In this document: in pieces, positions 1-8,092 of the stretch
Layout of the letters: every line of letters starts with the position of its first letter
How positions within the stretch are numbered: position 1 is the first letter of the stretch
NCBI GenBank assembly: GCA_003670455.1
Contig: QWRK01000003.1
Span: 1 to 34,833, forward strand
Direction of reading: 5' to 3'
Source of the DNA: Candidatus Aquidulcis sp.
GTDB taxonomy: Bacteria > Chloroflexota > Limnocylindria > Limnocylindrales > Limnocylindraceae
DNA: 34,833 nt
Translations under genes and position numbers: made by a program
Notes under the pieces: model-generated
Told to the model about the DNA's origin: nothing
Databases searched by the model: none
The model's input: only the letters and a program-made list of their open reading frames with translations

Positions 1-29
1 AGGGGCGTGGCTCTGGCGACGGGGCCTAG

Positions 30-914
30 GTGCTTGGCGAGCTGCGTCGCAGGCTCGGCACGGGCGGCCTCTTCGGGGGCGGCTCACTGATGGTCGTCGC
101 TGGCGCTGGGCGCCTCGGGCGCACCAAGGATCTGCGCGCCAACCTCACCGACACCCTCGCCAACATGGCCCCGGGGAACGGTGTCGTCTTAGTAGATCAG
201 CGTGCACGTCGACCAAACCTCAAAGGGATGCGGCCCGATGGGCCAGGCGAACTAGGAGTGTTGGTGCAAGATCGCGGCGGTAGTGTGGTGATCTGTGCAT
301 CGCCTGGTCCTGGCGAGCTGGCGTCGTGGTTACTGGCGCGCGCAAAGAGCGCCGGCCGCGAGATCGCCGGCGATGCGGCGAAGTCGATCGCCGAGCGACT
401 CGGTGCCGAAGTGCGCGAACCCGACCTTGATCGCAGCGGTATTCGCATGACATCGGTCGTGGAGCTTGAGAAGTTGATGCTCGCGATTCCTACCGGACCA
501 ATCTCGCTACGCGCCGTTGATGCGCTCGTTGCTGATCGCGGTGTTGGGTCACTCTTCGCCTTTGCCGACGCGATCGTCTCGCGCAGTGGCACGCTGGTCT
601 CGAAGCACCTCCTACGTGCGGTCAGTGAGCCAGGGCCGATGGTGGTGGCAACACTGCATCGAAAGATGCGCGACCTTGCGCAGATTCACGGCGCAACGGT
701 TGTTGAAGGTGCGTCGGTCGCGACGGCTGCCCGAACGATTGGCATGCATGAGTTCCCCGCCGGCAAGCTTGCCGAGGCGGCGCGCAAGTGGAGCAGCACA
801 GAGATCGCCGACGCAATCAATGGATTAGTTGAACTCGATGCGATCAGTAAGGGCGACGGCGAACGGGCCTGGGGCCCGGCGCTGACTCGCTGGAGCGCTG
901 CGCGCATTCGCTAA
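30..914 (+). CDS. holA: DNA polymerase III delta subunit (HolA-like), N-terminally incomplete
   Basis: 'GGLFGGG' N-terminal motif, 'ELEKL' motif, 'SLFAFADAI' and C-terminal 'LVELDAISKG' are typical of HolA. The first ~40 aa expected for HolA are missing and an in-frame TAG lies at 27-29. Confidence 0.72.
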   Translation: MLGELRRRLGTGGLFGGGSLMVVAGAGRLGRTKDLRANLTDTLANMAPGNGVVLVDQRARRPNLKGMRPDGPGELGVLVQDRGGSVVICASPGPGELASWLLARAKSAGREIAGDAAKSIAERLGAEVREPDLDRSGIRMTSVVELEKLMLAIPTGPISLRAVDALVADRGVGSLFAFADAIVSRSGTLVSKHLLRAVSEPGPMVVATLHRKMRDLAQIHGATVVEGASVATAARTIGMHEFPAGKLAEAARKWSSTEIADAINGLVELDAISKGDGERAWGPALTRWSAARIR

Positions 915-940
915 CGCAGCGCTCCGAGCGCGTCGTTAGA

Positions 941-2185
941 TCAGCCTTCGCGCTTCTCCGGTACAGCCTGCAGCAGGTACCAGCCCACGAGCATCGTGGC
1001 GAGCAGGGTCAGCAAGCCGACCGTGTACGCGCCGGTGCCAAGCACTGGGAAGAGGAAGAAAATCGTGGCGCCATACAGCAAGCCACCGATCACCTGTGAA
1101 CCCTTACCCACGAGACCGTAGAGGCCGTAGAACTCACCGAGCTGCCTCGGTGGGGAGAGGCGGTACATGAGGATTCGGTCAGCGCCCGAGAGGCCGCCGA
1201 AGCCGAAGCCGAGCACCACGCCGGCCACGATGAACGGGATCGGCGAGACAAAGAGCGCGCCGATGACCAGTGCAACCGCCCAGAGGGCGAGCACGCGGTT
1301 CAGCGTTGCCTTTGGTCCCTGGCTGTCGGTGAGGCGTCCCCACACGAGGCCGCCAATGACCGCGGTTGATGCGAGTGCAACGAGCACATAGTTCGCCTCA
1401 CCTTGCGTGAAGCCAACCGCCTGCACCGCAAAGATCGCCATGATCGAGATCACGGTGTTCTGTGCGTCGGTGTAGAAGAAGCGTGCCGTCAGGAAGCGCC
1501 TCAGGCCTGGGTACTTCTTGAGCTCTCGAATGGTTCCGAGCGTTGCCATCAGCGAGTTGCCACCAGCAACCTTCCCTGACGGTTCTGGAACCTCCTTAAT
1601 GAAGATGAAGATTGGCAGTGAGAGCACCCCGAACAAAATCGGAGCAATCACAAAGACCTGCGCGACGGAAACGTCACCGAAGAGAATAATCACGCCGATC
1701 AGAATCGTGCCGAGGTAGCCGAGGCCGTTACCGAGCCCCGAAACCCAGCCACGGTTCGCTGGCGTGCTCACGATCTTGATCGTGGCGTCGTAATAGACCA
1801 GGGCTGACTGGTAGCCAAAGTTTGCGATGCAGAAGAGCACCACGCCCATGCCGACCGGCACCGACGGGATGAAGATCGCCGGGATGATCGCGAGAAGCGT
1901 AAAGAAGAGGAGATACGGAAGTCGTCGACCCGCACGATCGGAGATCGCACCAATCGCCGGCGAGATCAACGCATTGATACCGACGGAGAGGGCGATCGAG
2001 ATCTGCAGCCAGAGGTTTCCCTGTGACTCGCCGAGCCCCTGCTCGCTGGTCAGATAGAGACCAATCGCATACGAGAAGATTCCGTACGACCAGATGGTGT
2101 TGGCCAAGTCGTAGAGGGTCCACGAGGCGATCCAGGTCGCCGGAACGGTGATCTTGACGCCGCCAGCGGCGTTCCGTGTAGCCAT
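941..2185 (-). CDS. MFS transporter (UMF1/Atg22-like family)
   Basis: 'SWTLYDLAN', 'GAISDRAGRR', 'GEFYGLYGLVGK' motifs and ~12 hydrophobic segments. Start moved to ATG at 2185, which is preceded by GGGAGG. Confidence 0.85.
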   Translation of the reverse strand: MATRNAAGGVKITVPATWIASWTLYDLANTIWSYGIFSYAIGLYLTSEQGLGESQGNLWLQISIALSVGINALISPAIGAISDRAGRRLPYLLFFTLLAIIPAIFIPSVPVGMGVVLFCIANFGYQSALVYYDATIKIVSTPANRGWVSGLGNGLGYLGTILIGVIILFGDVSVAQVFVIAPILFGVLSLPIFIFIKEVPEPSGKVAGGNSLMATLGTIRELKKYPGLRRFLTARFFYTDAQNTVISIMAIFAVQAVGFTQGEANYVLVALASTAVIGGLVWGRLTDSQGPKATLNRVLALWAVALVIGALFVSPIPFIVAGVVLGFGFGGLSGADRILMYRLSPPRQLGEFYGLYGLVGKGSQVIGGLLYGATIFFLFPVLGTGAYTVGLLTLLATMLVGWYLLQAVPEKREG

Positions 2186-2330
2186 GTTTGTCCTCCCAAT
2201 CCCGAATCCGCAGCGCGGGCACGCTGTCGGTTCGGTCAAGAGACAGGATGAGGGTTCAGGGGGCGTTATGCCCCTCTAGGCGCGCACGGTGCGCCGTGAT
2301 TTGGTGCGGCTGGGGGGCTACGATGCGGGC

Positions 2331-3068
2331 ATGCCACCCGCACGAAAACGGCCAGTTTCCGCACGAATTAGCCCGGCGCAAGCCTGGGTGAAGCAGTTGA
2401 AGAAGCGTCGCCCTGGGGTGGTCGAGGACGCCTTATCGGGCCTCGCCACCCTCTACGGCACCCCAACCTGGAAACCTCGAATGGACCCGATCAGTGAGCT
2501 TGTCACCACGATCCTGAGCCAGAACACCAGCGACACCAATGCGGAACGCGCCTTTACGGCGCTCCGCGCCCGCTACCCAGATTGGGCCGCTGTTGAGGCG
2601 GCGCCGGTGCGCTCCCTTGCCGCCGTGATCAAGAGTGGCGGTCTCGCCGCGCAGAAGGCGCCGCGCATCAAGGCAGCGCTCCGCGCCACACGCGAACAGA
2701 GCGGCTCGTATGACCTGACGTTTCTGACAGCGATGGAGCCGCTGGCGGCGCGCGACTGGCTCACCGCCATTCCGGGGATCGGCCCGAAGACGGCATCGAT
2801 CGTGATGCTTTTCTGTTTCGGAGTGCCGCTGATGCCAGTAGATACGCATGTTGAGCGCGTCTCAAAGCGGATCGGGTTACTGCCACCAAAGGCGAGCCTG
2901 CAGTTCGCGCATGATGCCTGGCTTGATCTGGTAGAGCCGTCGCGCATGTACGAGGCGCACGTCGCGCTCATCCGCCACGGTCGCGGTCACTGTGATGCGC
3001 TGCGTCCAGATTGCGAACGCTGCCCAATTCGCCCGCGTTGTCGCTACGTTGAAAAGCGCGCGCCGTAG
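2331..3068 (+). CDS. nth: Endonuclease III / HhH-GPD DNA glycosylase with [4Fe-4S] cluster
   Basis: 'ILSQNTSD', HhH 'IPGIGPKTA', 'PVDTHV' and C-x6-C-x2-C-x5-C (CDALRPDCERCPIRPRC). Start at 2331 follows TACGAT-6 nt-ATG. Confidence 0.88.
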   Translation: MPPARKRPVSARISPAQAWVKQLKKRRPGVVEDALSGLATLYGTPTWKPRMDPISELVTTILSQNTSDTNAERAFTALRARYPDWAAVEAAPVRSLAAVIKSGGLAAQKAPRIKAALRATREQSGSYDLTFLTAMEPLAARDWLTAIPGIGPKTASIVMLFCFGVPLMPVDTHVERVSKRIGLLPPKASLQFAHDAWLDLVEPSRMYEAHVALIRHGRGHCDALRPDCERCPIRPRCRYVEKRAP

Positions 3069-3081
3069 CGCGTCGCGAGTT

Positions 3082-3723
3082 CTAGCGCGCGTCGCTGCGG
3101 TGTGCACTCACTTGTGACCAGGGTGCACTTCTAAAGTCAAGACCACCCGGCTCTCCCGACGTGCGCGATCCAAGGCCGAGCACCTCGACTGCAGCGCCGG
3201 TTGGCAGCGCAAGTCGTGGGCCACCATTCGGTAGCGCCGCATCGGTAAGGTCGGCGAGTCGCTCATCGTTGCCGCCAGTCGCATGCGCCAGAATGCTCCA
3301 CGCACCGAGTGCACCGATGCCATCAATCACGCGAATGGCGTGGCCGCCGCAGGTGCACGAGGCGGCGCGCCGACCGAGCGCCATTGCCGATGCAGAGTCG
3401 GCGATGATCGTGAGGTGCGGCAGCGTGATGGCGTTCGTCAGCTCGCGCACTCGCTCTGGTTGATCAAGCAGGCGTGTTGCGTCGCCGCCACAGAGGAAGA
3501 GGGTGGTCGGTTCGGTGACCTCATGCGGCAGATGCGCAACCAAAGTGGCCTCGCGTCCGGCGGCCGACAGGAGCTGCTGCAGGGTGCGCGCCTGGCGATC
3601 ATCGTCTGAGGCGATGGAGGCGAGCAGCAGGGGGCCAGGCTGTGCGGCGAGCCAGTGCAGCGCCTCCGGCCATGCGTGGGCCGAGCGTCCGAGTCCGCCG
3701 CCAGAGAGGTAGAGGGTTGCCAT
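3082..3723 (-). CDS. Divergent peptidase S51 / class I glutamine-amidotransferase-like protein
   Basis: 'LSGGG', 'LFLCGGDA', nucleophile-like 'DSASAMALG' and 'ILAHA' occur in the order seen in cyanophycinase/PepE folds, but are degenerate. Confidence 0.55.
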   Translation of the reverse strand: MATLYLSGGGLGRSAHAWPEALHWLAAQPGPLLLASIASDDDRQARTLQQLLSAAGREATLVAHLPHEVTEPTTLFLCGGDATRLLDQPERVRELTNAITLPHLTIIADSASAMALGRRAASCTCGGHAIRVIDGIGALGAWSILAHATGGNDERLADLTDAALPNGGPRLALPTGAAVEVLGLGSRTSGEPGGLDFRSAPWSQVSAHRSDAR

Positions 3724-3760
3724 GCAGTGATCCTACTGGGGGCTGCGCCATACTTACGGC
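3724..3760. promoter_or_regulatory. Back-to-back leaderless promoters
   Basis: Minus strand TAGGAT (3735-3730) then 6 nt then ATG 3723. Plus strand CATACT (3749-3754) then 6 nt then ATG 3761. No SD on either side. Confidence 0.65.
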
Positions 3761-4828
3761 ATGACGGCAGAAACGGCTCTAGGGCGAATTGTCCTCATCG
3801 GTTCGGGCGAGATCGGCCCATCGATGGCGCCGCTGCATCGCAGCATCGTCGCCTCACTACCGAAGCGCAGCACCCCGTCGTCACTCGTTGCCCTCGACGG
3901 CAGCTACGACTTCCAAACCAACCGCGCTGAGATGGGCGAGAAGATCGCCGTCTTCTTCCGCTCGAAGGTTGGCATTCCGACGACCGTCATCGGCCTCCCC
4001 GAGACTGACCGCGCTGGCGCCGACCTTGCCCCGTCAGCGCTTGCGCCAACGATCGCCGGGCTGAATGCGGCCGACCTCATCTTCTTGGGACCAGGATCTC
4101 CGTCGCGCGCGCTCCGTCGCTGGGGTGGCACACCTATCGTTGAGCAACTCATCGCTCGCATTCGCAACGGCGCCACGCTGATCGCATCGTCGGCCGCCGC
4201 AGCGGCATCGGGGCGACACACCATCCCGGTCTATGAGATCTACAAGGCGGGAACCAATCCTGTCTGGCTTGAGGGACTTGACATCATCGGTGCGCTCACC
4301 GGTCTCGCTGTGGCGATCGTCCCCCACTGGAACAACAACGAAGGTGCAACACACGACACCTCACGCTGCTTCATTGGCGAAGGCCGCTTGCAGCAACTAG
4401 AGCGAGTGCTCCCTGATGGTGCCGCCATTCTGGGTATCGACGAACACTCCGCCCTCACCATCGACCTTGGTGCGAACAGCGTCACCGTTGGCGGCAAGGG
4501 TGCGGTGACGATTCGCATTCCAGGGATCGGCGAAACCGCACTACACAGCGGCGCAACAGAGTCACTGGCCGCCTTTGCCGCACGATTCGGTGCGGCTGCA
4601 GGTGCCCCACGCGCAGCTCTCCCAGCAACCGAGGCGCTCCTCCCTGTGCCGGCATCAGCGCCTGGTGTAGATGTGAGTGTCGCCGTGGAGCAGCTGATTG
4701 AACTGCGAGCAACAGCTCGTGCCGAGCGCCGATTCAGTGATGCAGATGCACTGCGTGCAGCAATCGAAGCACTTGGCGTGGAGTTAGTGGACGAGCCGAC
4801 CGGAGCGCGCTGGAGTCTTCGCTCCTAG
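3761..4828 (+). CDS. Peptidase S51/cyanophycinase-like domain fused to a CysRS C-terminal-like domain
   Basis: 'LIGSGE', 'IFLGPGSP', 'ASSAAA', 'IVPHW' and 'LGIDE'. After an Ala/Pro linker comes 'VEQLIELRATARAERRFSDADALRAAIEALGVELVDEPTGARW', resembling the CysS C-terminus. Confidence 0.75.
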   Translation: MTAETALGRIVLIGSGEIGPSMAPLHRSIVASLPKRSTPSSLVALDGSYDFQTNRAEMGEKIAVFFRSKVGIPTTVIGLPETDRAGADLAPSALAPTIAGLNAADLIFLGPGSPSRALRRWGGTPIVEQLIARIRNGATLIASSAAAAASGRHTIPVYEIYKAGTNPVWLEGLDIIGALTGLAVAIVPHWNNNEGATHDTSRCFIGEGRLQQLERVLPDGAAILGIDEHSALTIDLGANSVTVGGKGAVTIRIPGIGETALHSGATESLAAFAARFGAAAGAPRAALPATEALLPVPASAPGVDVSVAVEQLIELRATARAERRFSDADALRAAIEALGVELVDEPTGARWSLRS

Positions 4829-5607
4829 CGAGGAAAGCGAGAGCTGATCGCGCCCATGCGGCGCAGAAGAAAGCTCGGCATCAGGCTCAAGAATCGTGCT
4901 GAGAGTGCGTTCATCCATCCTGGAACCACAAGCGCGCGTCCATCACGTAGCGCCTCAAGAGCAGCACGGGCAACAGTGTCCGCAGAGGTCAGTAGGAAGT
5001 TCGGCAGGCCCGAACTCTGGCTCAAGCCGCCGCGCTCTTGGAATCCGGTTGGCGTAAATCCAGGGGCAACGCAGGTCACCTTCACGCCGAACGGCTTCGC
5101 CTCTTCATGGAGCGCCAGGGTGAAGTGCCGCACGTAGGCTTTGGTCGCAGCGTAGGTGGTGAAGCCAGGGAACGGAATGAACGAGGCGAGCGACGCCACA
5201 TTCAGAATCCCGCCACTCTTTCGGGGCGCCATCGCAACAAGTGCCGCGCGTGAAAGGAGCGTCAGCGCGGTGACATTGACAGCGATCTCATTCGCCTCAC
5301 CCTCTGAATCAAGCTCGGTAATCTTGCCGAATCGTCCGTAGCCAGCATTATTGACAAGGATCTCAATCGGTCGAGCGCCATCCAAGATGCGAGCTTCTAC
5401 CTTCGCCACATCGGCACTCTGCGAAAGGTCGGCGACGATCGTCTCGCTCGCCGCGCCAAGTGCGGCGGCGAGCCCAGCGACACGCGCTAGCTCATCACCA
5501 CGTCGTGCCACCAACACCAGGTCGTGGCCGCTCGATGCCAGGCGCAGAGCGATGCGCTCGCCAATGCCCGACGAGGCTCCCGTAATCAGTGCAATTGGAC
5601 GTGCCAT
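4825..5607 (-). CDS. Short-chain dehydrogenase/reductase (DltE/YqjQ-like)
   Basis: TGASSGIG, NNAG and YAATK motifs. True start is ATG 5607; the longer ORF runs through the tRNA. Confidence 0.92.
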   Translation of the reverse strand: MARPIALITGASSGIGERIALRLASSGHDLVLVARRGDELARVAGLAAALGAASETIVADLSQSADVAKVEARILDGARPIEILVNNAGYGRFGKITELDSEGEANEIAVNVTALTLLSRAALVAMAPRKSGGILNVASLASFIPFPGFTTYAATKAYVRHFTLALHEEAKPFGVKVTCVAPGFTPTGFQERGGLSQSSGLPNFLLTSADTVARAALEALRDGRALVVPGWMNALSARFLSLMPSFLLRRMGAISSRFPR

Positions 5608-5628
5608 GTGAAGAGTATGAACGAAGGA

Positions 5629-5705
5629 TGGTAGGGGGGCCTGGAATCGAACCAGGGACCGCCGAGATATAAGCTCGGAGCTCTTACCAACTGAGCTACC
5701 CCCCC
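5629..5705 (-). tRNA. tRNA-Ile (anticodon UAU)
   Basis: 77-nt cloverleaf: GGGGGGG TA GCTC AGTTGGTAA GAGC T CCGAG CT-TAT-AT CTCGG CGGTC CCTGG TTCGATT CCAGG CCCCCCT A CCA. CCA is encoded and the discriminator is A73. A CATACT -10-like box lies at 5730-5725. Confidence 0.93.
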
Positions 5706-5754
5706 GAGGGAGACTGACCACCGCAGTATGAAGCCTGCGGGCAGCTGTTCGCTA

Positions 5755-6234
5755 CTACTTGATCGTAACGGCCACTTCGAGCGCCTCGCGCTCAAACTCC
5801 GCGGTGCAGACCACGGTCACAAACCAGACCCCCTTGGTTGAGCCCGCTCGCCAGGTGAAGGTGGCAAGGCCGCCGCTAGGAACGAAGAGCGCGGCTGGGG
5901 CCTCCCCCTCACGTGCCAGCGCAGGCACACCGATCTCGCATTCCGAGCCGGCGCTCGCCCGAACGGTGAGAAGAACCTCCGCGCCACGGGCGACGGCAAC
6001 TGGCGGGTCGACCTCAAGGGCAATCGGCAGCGATGGCACCACGGATGGTGATGGGTCTACCGAGGGCGAAGTCTCAGGGTCGTTAGAGGCGGAAGCTGTT
6101 GCGCTTGGTCGGGGCGTGCTGGTGTCAGTGCCGCCGTCAAAGAGCGAGCCGATTGCGCCGAGGATGATGAGCCCGACGATAAGGGTGCCGCAGCCAGACT
6201 TGGTCGAGCGCTGTGCCGCGCGAAGGACGTTCAT
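5755..6234 (-). CDS. Hypothetical membrane-anchored protein (TM helix, Ser/Pro/Thr linker, beta-rich C-terminal domain)
   Basis: Starts immediately after the UbiA stop. N-terminal hydrophobic stretch, 'STPRPSATASA...SPSVDPSPSVVPS' linker and two Cys in the C-terminal domain. Confidence 0.6.
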   Translation of the reverse strand: MNVLRAAQRSTKSGCGTLIVGLIILGAIGSLFDGGTDTSTPRPSATASASNDPETSPSVDPSPSVVPSLPIALEVDPPVAVARGAEVLLTVRASAGSECEIGVPALAREGEAPAALFVPSGGLATFTWRAGSTKGVWFVTVVCTAEFEREALEVAVTIK

Positions 6235-6237
6235 CAA

Positions 6238-7050
6238 TTAATCGTACGAGAGCGCAATCGCGATGGCACAAGAGGCAAGTGCAAGTGCGCTCACCTCCCA
6301 GCCACGCTGGCGCAGATCGCGACGCACACGAGTGCTAAGCGTGACCCCAACACCTAGGAGTAACCCGCCGGTGACGAGGAGAGCTGGCGAGGCAGTCGTT
6401 GGCGCGCTCACGAGAAGGAGGAGGTAGGTAAGACCGTGGAGCAGCGCGAGCAAAAGGATTGTCCGCTGATGGCCGAGCCGCACCACGGCGCCGTTTGCAC
6501 CAACTGACTTATCGAGCTCGCGATCGGCGAGTGCGTTCTGGAGCGCAAGTGCACTTCCGCCAGGAAGCGCAATCAAACAGAGTGTTGCAATTGCGGTGGG
6601 GAGCGGAGCCCCTGCGGCACTCCACGAAAATGCTGGAATGAGTGCGACCCCGAGAGCGAATGGAAGGAACGAGATCGGCGTGCGCTTGATCCCCGCGTTA
6701 TAGAGATAGCCAAGCGTTGCGCCGGCGGCGGCGATCGCCAGGCTCGTGGAGCTGAGCGCAGAGGCCGCCGCTAGCCCTGCGGTTGCGGCAACAATCACCA
6801 TCACTCGTGCCTCACGGGGCGAAACGTTTCCGCCCACCAGTGGCTTCTCTGCCCTCCCCGCATCACCAGCCTGGTCAAGGAGATCGTTCATCGCGCCAAT
6901 GGAGGTGTGCACCCCAAGCATGGTGATGGCCGCGAGTGCCGCCTGACTCGCTGAGCCCCCAGCCGTCGTCGTGAGCGCCGCCGCAACGAGCGCGTTCAGG
7001 AGCGTCGGCAGCGGATGGGCGAGTCGCACGAGGGCAGCGAGATGAGCCAT
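6238..7050 (-). CDS. UbiA-family prenyltransferase
   Basis: Asp-rich motifs 'NDLLDQAGD' and 'NALADRELD', 'KPLVGG', 'YLYN..IKRT' and multiple TM helices. Confidence 0.85.
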   Translation of the reverse strand: MAHLAALVRLAHPLPTLLNALVAAALTTTAGGSASQAALAAITMLGVHTSIGAMNDLLDQAGDAGRAEKPLVGGNVSPREARVMVIVAATAGLAAASALSSTSLAIAAAGATLGYLYNAGIKRTPISFLPFALGVALIPAFSWSAAGAPLPTAIATLCLIALPGGSALALQNALADRELDKSVGANGAVVRLGHQRTILLLALLHGLTYLLLLVSAPTTASPALLVTGGLLLGVGVTLSTRVRRDLRQRGWEVSALALASCAIAIALSYD

Positions 7051-7087
7051 AAGACGAGCCTACCCTGACAGGAGTAGGATTGCGCCG
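7051..7087. promoter_or_regulatory. Back-to-back leaderless promoters
   Basis: Minus strand TAGGCT (7062-7057) then 6 nt then ATG 7050. Plus strand TAGGAT (7075-7080) then 7 nt then ATG 7088. Confidence 0.65.
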
Positions 7088-8092
7088 ATGTCTTCTACCC
7101 CTGCAATCGTCGTCTCGGATCTCGTCAAGCGCTACAAGGGCGCCGACCGTAACGCTGTAGACGGCGTCTCCTTCTCTGTGGAGCAGGGCTCCCTCTTCGC
7201 CCTCCTCGGGCCAAACGGCGCTGGTAAAACCACCACGATCAGCATCCTGACCACCACGCTTGCCGCAACCTCAGGGAGCGTGCAGATCGCCGGCGCCGAC
7301 CTGGCGCAGGACCAGTCAGAGGTGCGCCGTCGCGTCGGCATCATCTTCCAGAAGCCGTCTCTCGACCGCGCCCTGACCGGCGAGGAGAACTGCCGCTTCC
7401 ATGCCGCCCTCTACGGCGCCTACGCCTATCGCCCAGCGTTCAGCCTTATGCCGCAGGAGTACCGCGATCGCGTCGTCGAGCTTGGCGCACTCGTTGGGCT
7501 CGACCGGAATGACTTGTTCAAGAAGATCTCAACCTACTCGGGCGGCATGCGTCGAAAGCTCGAGATTGCCCGCTCGCTGCTGCATAAGCCGCAGGTGCTC
7601 TTCCTCGACGAGCCGACCGTTGGCCTTGACCCTGAGTCGCGCCGATCGGTGGCCGGCTACCTAGACGCCATTCGCCGCAGCGAAGGAACCACCATGGTTC
7701 TCACCACGCACTACCTCGACGAGGTCGAGATCGCTGACCAGGTCTGCATCATTGATCGCGGCAAGATCGTCGCGAACGGTACGCCCGCTGAGCTGCGCGT
7801 TGGCACCGGCGTCACGCGCGTAGAACTTGAAGCGGCCGATCGCGTGGCACTTGGCGCCGAGATTGAGCGCCTGGGCCACACGCCGCAGGTGATCTCTGCC
7901 GGTTTCGCCGTTGAGGTGAAGGGTGCCGAACCAGCCCACACGCTCTTGCGCGACCTAAAGACTCCGCTCACTCGGTTCGAAGTGCGCAGCCCGAGCCTTG
8001 AAGACGCCTACCTGAAGATCGTTGCCGCAACCGCTGATGACCGCGAAGAGTCGCCACTCGATGACGCGCCGCGACGAGGGTTCCGCCGATGA
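7088..8092 (+). CDS. ABC-2 exporter ATP-binding protein (DrrA-like)
   Basis: Walker A GPNGAGKT, signature YSGGM, Walker B LFLDEP and TTHY. Confidence 0.93.
   Translation: MSSTPAIVVSDLVKRYKGADRNAVDGVSFSVEQGSLFALLGPNGAGKTTTISILTTTLAATSGSVQIAGADLAQDQSEVRRRVGIIFQKPSLDRALTGEENCRFHAALYGAYAYRPAFSLMPQEYRDRVVELGALVGLDRNDLFKKISTYSGGMRRKLEIARSLLHKPQVLFLDEPTVGLDPESRRSVAGYLDAIRRSEGTTMVLTTHYLDEVEIADQVCIIDRGKIVANGTPAELRVGTGVTRVELEAADRVALGAEIERLGHTPQVISAGFAVEVKGAEPAHTLLRDLKTPLTRFEVRSPSLEDAYLKIVAATADDREESPLDDAPRRGFRR

Noticed and set aside
27-29. TAG recoding (alternative genetic code)
   Set aside because: TAG ends several full-length genes in this window at the expected positions (e.g. nth 3068, doxX 9599, HeR 16482, kynA 17373).
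2260-2274. GGGGC-GTTAT-GCCCC hairpin between the divergent MFS and nth genes
   Set aside because: It is short, lacks a T tract and lies between divergent starts, so it is not a terminator; too weak to call as an operator.
5608-5721. N-terminal extension of the SDR in the ORF track; similar extensions for dppA, dppB, dppC, ctaC, both MFS genes and GT4
   Set aside because: They run through a tRNA, promoters or neighbouring genes. Downstream ATGs have clear SD, -10 or coupling signals and family-typical N-termini.
5608-5760. tRNA as an integration site for an island or prophage
   Set aside because: No integrase, no duplicated tRNA 3' end and no phage genes were seen in the window.
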